From Demequina aurantiaca (GTDB lineage Bacteria > Actinomycetota > Actinomycetes > Actinomycetales > Demequinaceae), in assembly GCF_000975135.1 (NCBI RefSeq), contig NZ_BBRF01000001.1, forward strand, positions 197,591 through 221,590: DNA of 24,000 nucleotides, given 5' to 3'. The translations under genes and the position numbers were made by a program. The notes beneath the pieces are model-generated. The model searched no databases, had not been told where the DNA came from, and saw only the letters and a list, made by a program, of their open reading frames with translations. Positions 7,405 to 16,710 of this stretch are shown piece after piece. The first letter of the stretch is position 1, and each line of letters begins with the position of its first letter.

Positions 7405-7845
7405 TTACGGCCGCGGGATAGAAGCGAGCTCGGTGACGTCGTACCAGAGCAGGTCGTGATCTTCGAGCCGCTCTAGAGCGTCGGGACCGCCCGCGAGCGC
7501 CTGCTTCGCGTCCTCGAACGCGTCCAGGTCGTCCACGAAGGCGCACGCGACGGCATCGGCCGGCACTCGCCCCGTGAGCGCAACGGCGGCCGGGTGTGCA
7601 TCGGGCACCGCGCTCACGTCTGCGCGGGAGTAGTCGGCCACAATGACCACGCGAAGTTGTGACCCAAACTCCACCACGGATTCGATCGCCGCGGCGTCCC
7701 GTGCTTGTTCTGCCATCTCCTCGTCCTCATCGAAGGAGGAGATTTCCATGAGCCGCTCGGTGACGGCAAAGCCCATGTCGGGCTCCCACTTGCCGGAGGT
7801 GCAGGAGTCGAGGTCGCCCAGAGTCGCTGGGATGTACACGCGCAT
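7405..7845 (-). CDS. Conserved-looking hypothetical acidic cytoplasmic protein (146 aa)
   Basis: ATG 7845 lies 4 nt after the stop of the upstream ATPase gene, so it is the last gene of the minus-strand operon. The protein is strongly acidic (FDEDEEMAEQARD, DDLDAFEDAK, LERLEDHDLLWYD). It has no TM segments and no motif I recognise. Confidence 0.6.
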   Translation of the reverse strand: MRVYIPATLGDLDSCTSGKWEPDMGFAVTERLMEISSFDEDEEMAEQARDAAAIESVVEFGSQLRVVIVADYSRADVSAVPDAHPAAVALTGRVPADAVACAFVDDLDAFEDAKQALAGGPDALERLEDHDLLWYDVTELASIPRP

Positions 7846-7849
7846 GGCT

Positions 7850-9115
7850 TCAGTCTGTCAGGGTCGCCGCCACCGCGCGCGGGGACTCACTCACGGGAGT
7901 CAATTCCGCGCGCGACTCCTGAGCCGCGGCCAACGCCGCGGCGGCGACAACGGCGATGGCTCGTCGCGCGGGCGAGCGGGGCACTCGTTCGCGAAGCGAC
8001 TGACCCGCGAGAGTCGCCGCATCGCAAGACTTCCCATCCGCAGGCACCATCCATACGTTCTCCACGCCGCTGTAGCGCGCCAGGGCATCCGCAATGGCTT
8101 CCTCGGGATGGCGCCCCGCAACGGACGAGCGAACCCGGTTCGCCACGACGATGCGGGGGCACATGAGTTCCGCTACCTCATCGAGTTCAGCGAGCCCCTG
8201 AACCAGGCGCTGGATGCCGAGCGGTTCGGCGGATCCCACGACGACCACCACATCGGCGGCGCCGAGCGCGCTCAGGGTCGCACCGTTGCGCTGCGGCGCA
8301 CGGGTGTCGTACATCGCCGCCTCGTCCTGCGCCACGGAGAACCCGCAGTCCACCACCGTGACCGGGCTGTGGCGACGCAGCACGGGCCAGATGCCGTCGA
8401 GCGCGCTACGTGACAGCTCCGGCCAACGGTCCGCGCGGGAGATTCCCGACAACACCTTGAATCCCCCGTCCACAGACAGCAGGTGCCGCCACAGCACATC
8501 GTCGGTAAGGGTGCCGTGAAGCGACGCGCGCGCGAGCGCGGCGATCCCCGGTGCCTCGTCGAGCAGGCCAAGTGCCTGTGCGACGGCTCCCCCGTAGGTG
8601 TCGACGTCAACGACGATCGCCTCGTCATCTGCCGCAGCGCACTCGGCAGCAATGTTGACGGCGAGTGTGGTGCGCCCGGGAGCGCCGGTGGGGCCCCAGA
8701 CGGCGATCACGACCCCATCGCCTGCCGGCGCGGCTGGGGCGCTCTCCGGCGCTGCCGCCGCCGGAACGAGCGTGTGGGCCACCGTGGCGGTGCGGTCGGC
8801 AATGGTGACCGGGTCTGCGTCGGCGTCCATCACGTGTTCGATGCCCAGCGCCCGAAGTTCGCTACTCGCCGATGCCGTGGTCGGGACTGCAACCACTGCC
8901 ACCCCCGCGGCGGTAAAGTCAGCGAGCACGGCCCTGTTGAGGCGCGGCTGGTCGGAGAGCACCGCCACGCCCACCATTCCGGCGTGCGCGAGGGCGAGGG
9001 CCTCGGCAAGGTCGGCGCAACGACGTACCAGCGCCAGCTGCGGGTGAGCCTCAATGGCGCCCGCCACCACACTCTCGCCGTCACCCATCATGGCGACCGC
9101 TACGGCTGTACTCAC
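7850..9115 (-). CDS. TadZ/CpaE/Ssd-like ParA-MinD superfamily P-loop protein with N-terminal receiver-like domain
   Basis: 421 aa. GTG 9115 overlaps the SAF gene stop (GTGA). The N-terminal ~115 aa alternate hydrophobic strands and helices in a receiver-like pattern (VAVAMMGDG...VGVAVLSDQ...GVAVVAV). The P-loop is VIAVWGPTGAPGRTTLAVNIA (8666-8695), followed by VVDVDTYGG and ADVVVVVGSAEPLG, as in MinD/ParA/CpaE ATPases. Confidence 0.7.
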   Translation of the reverse strand: MSTAVAVAMMGDGESVVAGAIEAHPQLALVRRCADLAEALALAHAGMVGVAVLSDQPRLNRAVLADFTAAGVAVVAVPTTASASSELRALGIEHVMDADADPVTIADRTATVAHTLVPAAAAPESAPAAPAGDGVVIAVWGPTGAPGRTTLAVNIAAECAAADDEAIVVDVDTYGGAVAQALGLLDEAPGIAALARASLHGTLTDDVLWRHLLSVDGGFKVLSGISRADRWPELSRSALDGIWPVLRRHSPVTVVDCGFSVAQDEAAMYDTRAPQRNGATLSALGAADVVVVVGSAEPLGIQRLVQGLAELDEVAELMCPRIVVANRVRSSVAGRHPEEAIADALARYSGVENVWMVPADGKSCDAATLAGQSLRERVPRSPARRAIAVVAAAALAAAQESRAELTPVSESPRAVAATLTD

Positions 9116-9744
9116 GCGTCTCCCCCGGAGGCACGTCCCACAATCGAGATCGCGCCGTCCGTCGCCACCGCGCCGAGGAAGTCACTCATCAACGCCTGCG
9201 GCACTAAAACGTAGACCGTTTGCGCGGAGCCGACCGCGAAGGCGCTGTCGTCCTGATCCACTTGGCTGACCACCAGCCCCTCGGCAACAGGGGTGGACTG
9301 CGGGCTACCGTCAGTATCCGTCGTCAACCACACGTCTACGACACTGCCGGTAGTGATGTCCTCCGCCAAGGGGGTCTGGGTGCGGACCGCCACCGCCCGT
9401 ACGTCGACGTCAGTAGACCCCGCCATAGCATCGGCCGGAAGCAACTCGCCCTTGCCGATGACCCTGGTCACCACCTGACCCCACGGCGGTTCGCCCATCG
9501 CCGGCACGTAGACATCTGAGGACACTCGCACGCGGGTCACCGCGACATCAGATTCGGAAACTACCGTGCCGGGTGTCAGGACCTTGGTGGCGGCGTAATA
9601 CGGCACCGTGGAATCCGACGCCCGCATCGACGCACCCACTGCCACGACGGCGATCGCGATCAGCACCAGGCCGATGAGCAGGCGAGGGTCGCGCCACGAC
9701 GGCCTTTTCAGTCGCCCCGCCACGGGACCGGAGGTGCCACTCAT
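9112..9744 (-). CDS. SAF-domain protein, CpaB/RcpC-like (Flp pilus assembly-type), single N-terminal TM
   Basis: 210 aa. ATG 9744 is preceded by GGGAGA. It has the TM segment LLIGLVLIAIAVVAVGA, then YYAATKVLTPGTVVSESDVAVTRV, typical of SAF/CpaB proteins. It is the first gene of a three-gene operon. Confidence 0.65.
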   Translation of the reverse strand: MSGTSGPVAGRLKRPSWRDPRLLIGLVLIAIAVVAVGASMRASDSTVPYYAATKVLTPGTVVSESDVAVTRVRVSSDVYVPAMGEPPWGQVVTRVIGKGELLPADAMAGSTDVDVRAVAVRTQTPLAEDITTGSVVDVWLTTDTDGSPQSTPVAEGLVVSQVDQDDSAFAVGSAQTVYVLVPQALMSDFLGAVATDGAISIVGRASGGDA

Positions 9745-9817
9745 GAAGTCTCCCTTGACTCAGTTGCCCACCATCTTGCCGGTTTTGTCCGCAATCGCCA
9801 ACCGGTTGTGGAAAACA

Positions 9818-9845
9818 TTGGCTTGTCTCACCGTCGTGCCACAAT
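9818..9845 (+). promoter_or_regulatory. Candidate promoter for leaderless HTH gene (TTGGCT-N16-CACAAT)
   Basis: TTGGCT is at 9818-9823 and CACAAT at 9840-9845. The -10 ends exactly 6 nt before the A of ATG 9852. No Shine-Dalgarno is present. Confidence 0.4.
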
Positions 9846-9851
9846 GAAGTC

Positions 9852-10058
9852 ATGACGCCACGCTTCCTCCTCCTCACCGATGTGCAGGAGATCCTCAACA
9901 TCAGCTCGCCCCAGGCGTACTCGCTCGTGCGGTCAGGTGACCTGCCCGCAATTCAGGTGGGCGGCCGCGGCCAGTGGCGGGTCGAAGCGACCGAGCTCGA
10001 GAACTACATTCAGCGCCAGTACGAGGCGGCACGCTCGCGCATTCCCACCGAGAAGTAG
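9852..10058 (+). CDS. Excisionase-family (MerR-like) helix-turn-helix DNA-binding protein, 68 aa
   Basis: LLLTDVQEILNISSPQAYSLVRSGDLPAIQVGGRGQWRVEATELENYI matches the excisionase-type HTH pattern (LT..E.A..L.VS...V..L...G.LPA..VG...RI....L..F). Confidence 0.7.
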   Translation: MTPRFLLLTDVQEILNISSPQAYSLVRSGDLPAIQVGGRGQWRVEATELENYIQRQYEAARSRIPTEK

Positions 10059-10087
10059 AGCTTTCTAGCCCCGTATCAGCCCGGCAA

Positions 10088-10615
10088 CTACGCGCCCGCG
10101 AAGCCGACTGACGTCACGCGGATCATCGCGCCAAACGGCACCACTGTGGTAGTGCCCGCGTGGGGCTCTCCTATCTCCACGTAGTCAGCACCCACCTGAG
10201 CGATCACACCGGGCCAGCTTCCCGAGGTCGCGACAATCACCACCGGCGCGCGGTCACGAGACAATGCGCGCAGGGCGTGGCCCACGGTCAGCCTCTTCGA
10301 CACGGCCGATAGGTCAACCGCCCGGGCCTTGAGCCCCGCCACAGCCACGACAGCCGCGGCCGGAATCCACGACTGGCGGCGCTGCTCGTTCACGAGAATC
10401 CACGTGGCAGCCACCTCCGAGAGCACGCCGGCCACCTTCTCCCCGTCGGCGAGAGTCACCACTACGTGGCCGCCAATTCCCGCCGCAAGCCGGGAAGAGA
10501 GCGGGATCGCGGCCCGCTCACCGCGAGTGCGTTCCGCCACCTCCGCGGCGAACTGAGCGTCGACCCCCGCGCCCAGTTGTCCCTCGAGGTCGGCCAAGAG
10601 ATCGTTCCAGCGCAT
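10088..10615 (-). CDS. Hypothetical protein with internal tandem duplication of a small beta-rich domain (175 aa)
   Basis: ATG 10615. Two similar ~45-aa units: HVVVTLADGEKVAGVLSEVAATWILVNEQRRQSWIPAAAVVAV and APVVIVATSGSWPGVIAQVGADYVEIGEPHAGTTTVVPFGAMIRV. I recognise no enzymatic motif. Confidence 0.55.
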   Translation of the reverse strand: MRWNDLLADLEGQLGAGVDAQFAAEVAERTRGERAAIPLSSRLAAGIGGHVVVTLADGEKVAGVLSEVAATWILVNEQRRQSWIPAAAVVAVAGLKARAVDLSAVSKRLTVGHALRALSRDRAPVVIVATSGSWPGVIAQVGADYVEIGEPHAGTTTVVPFGAMIRVTSVGFAGA

Positions 10616-10621
10616 GGAGAC

Positions 10622-10627
10622 ACGCTA
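10622..10627 (-). promoter_or_regulatory. Candidate -10 hexamer (TAGCGT) for a leaderless transcript of the 175-aa gene
   Basis: The minus strand reads TTAGCGTGTCTCCATG. TAGCGT ends exactly 6 nt before the A of ATG 10615. No Shine-Dalgarno is present. Confidence 0.35.
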
Positions 10628-10701
10628 ACGCCCCGCGTCTTTCCACAGGGCAACGGCCCACCGATGGACACGCCAACGGCTTTGAGGTACATCTAGTAGC
10701 A

Positions 10702-10720
10702 CCAAACAACATCAAACAAT
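10702..10720 (+). promoter_or_regulatory. 10-bp-phased direct repeat CCAAACAAC / TCAAACAAT in an AT-rich island upstream of the LysM gene
   Basis: The CAAACAA core occurs at 10703-10709 and 10713-10719. The repeat lies inside an unusually AT-rich stretch (10691-10735), 16 nt upstream of ATG 10736. The geometry is typical of winged-helix (OmpR-family) response-regulator sites. Confidence 0.3.
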
Positions 10721-10735
10721 AGGTAAGGATGCGAA

Positions 10736-11515
10736 ATGCAACGTCCCGAGAATGCGGCACCCTCGCCCGGCCACACCTGGGCTGCCCGGCTCCTTGTGCT
10801 GCTCACGTGGCCCGCAGCATGGTGGCTCGCAGGGGCGACACTCGACGCCTGGCACGCCGTCGCGTCGCAGCCGCTGCAGGTTGACGTGGCGATCGGGGCC
10901 GTCGTGGCGGCCATCGGCGCAGTTACTGCTACGTACCTCGCGCTAATTTCGATTCCCCTCCTCCTCACGTGGCGACGCGGCGCTGGCGGCATACCCCGCT
11001 GGCTCTCCAGGTGCACCCCGCACCTATGGCGCAGAATCGTGGGCATCGCCGTCGGCGGAGTGATGACCGCGTCCATGGCCACCGCCTCGTTCGCCACCAT
11101 TGGCGACACGACCAATCCGGCGCCCGATGCCGGGGCACCCTTCACCGTCACGTCAGCGGGCTGGGTGGACAGTCCCGCCGCCGCAACGACCAAGCCAGCG
11201 TCACCTCTGGGTACGGCTACGGGCAGCCATGCCTCCTCACGTTTCACGACCACGATGCAACAGCCCCGTGCCGAGCAGCCGACCACATCGAAAACCCCCA
11301 CTGGATCCGAAACGAAGGTCACGACCGTCAAAGTTCGTCGCGGCGACTCTTTGTGGCTGATCTGCGAAGGTCTACTGCCAGAGACCGCCTCGGAGGCCGA
11401 CATCGCGCACGCCTGGCCGCTGCTCTATCGCGCGAACAAGCAGGTGATTGGCGACAACCCCTCGCTCATCTACGCGGGCCAGACTCTTGACGTTCCAGCG
11501 GAGCTGCTGTCATGA
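10736..11515 (+). CDS. Membrane protein with C-terminal LysM peptidoglycan-binding domain
   Basis: ATG 10736 with AAGGA 9 nt upstream. It has about three N-terminal TM segments, a Thr/Pro/Ala-rich linker and a C-terminal LysM domain (VKVRRGDSLWLICEGLL...YRANKQVIGDNPSLIYAGQTLDVP). Its stop overlaps the next start (ATGA, 11512-11515). Confidence 0.75.
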   Translation: MQRPENAAPSPGHTWAARLLVLLTWPAAWWLAGATLDAWHAVASQPLQVDVAIGAVVAAIGAVTATYLALISIPLLLTWRRGAGGIPRWLSRCTPHLWRRIVGIAVGGVMTASMATASFATIGDTTNPAPDAGAPFTVTSAGWVDSPAAATTKPASPLGTATGSHASSRFTTTMQQPRAEQPTTSKTPTGSETKVTTVKVRRGDSLWLICEGLLPETASEADIAHAWPLLYRANKQVIGDNPSLIYAGQTLDVPAELLS

Positions 11516-11978
11516 CTGCGATGCGAGTCTCAGTCGAATCGGCGCAGCCGGTCACTGCGCGTGCTCAACCTGCGGCCAGGGCAATAGCGGCCGTCACGGC
11601 AGCAGCACCGGGGGCAGGCGTGACGAGGGCGGACATATACGCCCGCCACCGCAAGCCACTGGGCGACCCCGCGCCCCTCGCCTGCACGGTGGCGAAGGCA
11701 GCCCTCGAGACCGTGTTGGGAGCCACCAGCATCGACTCCCTCGTGCGCTGGCTCACTCCGGAAGTACGCCACAGTCTTGCCCAGCAGCACTCGCTCGCGC
11801 GCCGCGCGGGAAAGACCTCAGCACCCCCGGTTGCCATCAGACGCGCACGCGTGTGCCGCGTCAGCTCTCGCGCCGCCGAGGTCAGCATCGTCGCCTACTG
11901 CGACGGCCGCGCCCGGGCAATCGCAATGCGACTGGAGGACGCGGCCGGGCGGTGGCTCGTGACGACGATAGAAGTCGG

Positions 11979-11982
<4 letters not shown>
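11512..11982 (+). CDS. Rv3235-family protein (conserved actinobacterial, function unknown)
   Basis: 156 aa. [25 protein letters not shown]...[47 protein letters not shown] matches the pattern of Rv3235-like proteins found next to secA (ALEVLxGxRPxxQLxRWxxPxV...RVxxVRVCxP...AEVxxVV...RxRAxAxRLE...GRWxxTALE). Confidence 0.7.
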
Positions 11983-14834
<2,852 letters not shown>

Positions 14835-14960
14835 GAAAACTCCAGTCAGGGCGTACGGTTCCGTCAACCATCGTAGGCGCTTCTAGGGGTTTCCAGTTGT
14901 CGTCTCGCTCACGGCGTACGCGGCGTCCCCTCCAGGTACTCGATCGGCCGTGATGGCACG

Positions 14961-15002
14961 CACCAGGGCGCACCTCCCCCGGCGGGAAGATGCGCCCTGG
15001 TG
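14961..15002 (-). terminator. Long stable hairpin downstream of hpf / in the secA upstream region (terminator-like, no U-tract)
   Basis: The minus-strand RNA reads CACCAGGGCGCAUCUUCCC-GCCG-GGGGAGGUGCGCCCUGGUG. This is a 19-bp stem (17 Watson-Crick pairs plus 2 G-U) with a GCCG tetraloop. On the + strand the same positions are C-A mismatches, so the structure is optimised for the minus-strand transcript. It starts 20 nt after the hpf stop. Confidence 0.55.
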
Positions 15003-15021
15003 GCTGCTAGGGGAAGAGTTG

Positions 15022-15726
15022 TCAGGCGCTCTCGCGCTGACCTGCCTCGACATTGTCTCGCTCAATGGGTGTGGGCTCCGCGGCAGTGGATTCGAGGTGA
15101 ATCACGCCGTACGTCCAGCCTCGTCGGCGGTAGACCGCTGACGCCAGACCGGATTCGATGTCGTGGAACAGGAAGAAGTCGTGCCCCACGAGTTCCATTT
15201 GATCGATTGCGTCGGCGACTGACATCGGGGCGCCCTCGTGGGTCTTTGACCGGATGACGATTGGCGTGCCGTCAATCGGGACCTCGCGGGTGTTGCCCTC
15301 GGGAGCACCCTCCCAGGACTCGACGCTGGCCACCTTCTCTTCGTCTTCGGTTTCCTTTGCCGGCATGTCAAGCGTCGCTTCGATGTCAGCAATGGGCACG
15401 GCGCTCAGCGGCGGCGTGTTGTTGTGCCGGTGCGCCTTGCGCTCATGTTGCCGGCGTAGGCGCTCCGTCAGTCGCGTCACGGCGGCGTCGAGCGCGACCA
15501 GGCGATCGTCGGCGGCAGCCTCGACGCGAACTACCCCGTGGTCATAGAGAGTGATCTCTATTCGCTCGCGATCAGATGACAGCCGCGGGTTCCGCTCGTG
15601 CACCACGTGAACCTCGGCCCTCGTCGCCCTGGGGGCGAGAGTCTCAACCTTGTCCAGCTTGTCGAGGATCTTCTGGCGTACGTCTTCAGAAACCTTGGTG
15701 TGACGTCCAACAATCGCGATGTCCAT
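15022..15726 (-). CDS. hpf: Ribosome hibernation promoting factor, long form
   Basis: ATG 15726 (MDIAIVGRHTKVSEDVRQKILDKL) with AAGGAG upstream. It has an N-terminal RaiA/S30AE domain, an acidic linker, and a C-terminal dimerisation domain (KTHEGAPMSVADAIDQMELVGHDFFLFHD...AVYRRRGWTYGVIHLE). The ORF-track start at 15759 adds 11 unlikely residues. Confidence 0.85.
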   Translation of the reverse strand: MDIAIVGRHTKVSEDVRQKILDKLDKVETLAPRATRAEVHVVHERNPRLSSDRERIEITLYDHGVVRVEAAADDRLVALDAAVTRLTERLRRQHERKAHRHNNTPPLSAVPIADIEATLDMPAKETEDEEKVASVESWEGAPEGNTREVPIDGTPIVIRSKTHEGAPMSVADAIDQMELVGHDFFLFHDIESGLASAVYRRRGWTYGVIHLESTAAEPTPIERDNVEAGQRESA

Positions 15727-15798
15727 GTTCGGGTACTCCTTCGTCGATATGAGCTGCATTGCTCAGGGCATGATGTCAGCGGCGCGTCCAGCGCCTGC

Positions 15799-16626
15799 TC
15801 AATCACCCCCTCTACGATCGAAGGTGTCCGACAATTCGTCGGCCTCTGACTCCCACCCTATCCCCACCGCGGGACTCTTGCTTCGCATCGGTGCCGTGGC
15901 GAGAGTGAGCCCTGCACACACCACTGTTCCGGCGGCCTCGAGTCGATCCCGAGCCGCCGCCAGCGTCGCTCCCGTCGTCATCACGTCGTCGACCAGGACC
16001 ACCGCGCGGGAGGGATCGACTTGGCGAGTCAGCCGCATGGACTGTTGCGCGCCACGCCAGCGTTCTCGAGCCGACAAGCCCCGCGACTCACCCCTGCGCA
16101 TGGTCAGCGCGGGAACCATCACTGCGTCAGCACCGTGGTCCCGCCACCGTCGCGCGCAGGCAGTCGCGAGCATTCCTGGCAGGTCCACGCCGCGTCGCCG
16201 TGTCGACGCCCGCCTCGCCGGAAGCGGCACCACCGCTATCCGGTGGGCAGTCGTTACGTCCACGGCGACGTCACCTGCTGCTCGCGTCATCGCGGCCTGA
16301 AAGAACGAGTCGAGGTCGCGCCGATGAGCGTCCTTCCACGCCTCGATCATCAACTGCGGCGATCCCTCCAAATCCACGATGGACCAGACGGCGAGCGGCA
16401 CGTCCCCCAGCCGATGCAGCCGGGGGGCGTTTTCTTCGCTGCGATACGGCGGTTCCCACCAGGGCGCCTCACATTCATCGCACCACCGCACGTCGTCACG
16501 ACCACACCCCGGACAGCACACGGGCACCACGAGCCGCGCAAGCTCACGCGTACCCGCGATCGCCAGGCCCGCTGCAGTGGTGAGGAGTCGATTCACGCTC
16601 TCAGCATGTCGAAAATACGGGCGCAA
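15799..16626 (-). CDS. ComF-family protein / phosphoribosyltransferase-domain protein
   Basis: It has an N-terminal zinc-ribbon (CCPGCG...WCDEC) and a C-terminal PRTase motif (VVLVDDVMTTGATLAAA). Its position between lpqB and hpf is conserved in actinobacteria. The start is uncertain: TTG 16626 per the ORF track, or GTG 16596 as an alternative. Confidence 0.7.
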   Translation of the reverse strand: MRPYFRHAESVNRLLTTAAGLAIAGTRELARLVVPVCCPGCGRDDVRWCDECEAPWWEPPYRSEENAPRLHRLGDVPLAVWSIVDLEGSPQLMIEAWKDAHRRDLDSFFQAAMTRAAGDVAVDVTTAHRIAVVPLPARRASTRRRGVDLPGMLATACARRWRDHGADAVMVPALTMRRGESRGLSARERWRGAQQSMRLTRQVDPSRAVVLVDDVMTTGATLAAARDRLEAAGTVVCAGLTLATAPMRSKSPAVGIGWESEADELSDTFDRRGGD

Positions 16627-16710
16627 CAGCCTGGCTGCATCGCGCTGTGTCGACGTCCGCGCGCGCCGCGCGGCCTGTGAGCATCGGCCGAGGTAGCTCC
16701 CGGCGGAGCG

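Noticed and set aside
7387-7418. Inverted repeat TCCCGCG / CGCGGGA between convergent hisN and the acidic-protein gene, as a possible terminator.
   Set aside because: It has only 7 bp with an 18-nt loop. It overlaps the stop codon of the 7405-7845 gene and has no U-tract on either strand, so it is not distinguishable from chance in GC-rich DNA.
8425-8447. Additional GGAAT...GTT SigH-like matches. One is GGAAT-N15-GTT on the minus strand inside the TadZ-like gene. Others are + strand GGAAT at 2812, 6275, 10362, 13326, 20363 and 22274.
   Set aside because: The spacer lengths are wrong (13-15 or 21 nt instead of 18) or no GTT is present. All are intragenic and not upstream of any start codon. 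Only 3514-3539 fits the consensus.
14835-14867. TTG start at 14867 for secA (the [11 protein letters not shown]... extension in the ORF track).
   Set aside because: GTG 14834 has GGAG 5 nt upstream and gives the canonical SecA N-terminus just before LxRIxRxGEGR. The extra 11 residues have no counterpart in SecA proteins I know.
14921-14990. Two C-rich tracts on the + strand (GTCCCCTCC and CCTCCCCC), reminiscent of the C-rich loops of the actinobacterial 6C sRNA.
   Set aside because: The second tract is part of the stem, not the loop, of the 14961-15002 hairpin. That hairpin is better paired on the minus strand. The first tract is not enclosed by a convincing stem. There is no promoter or terminator on the + strand.
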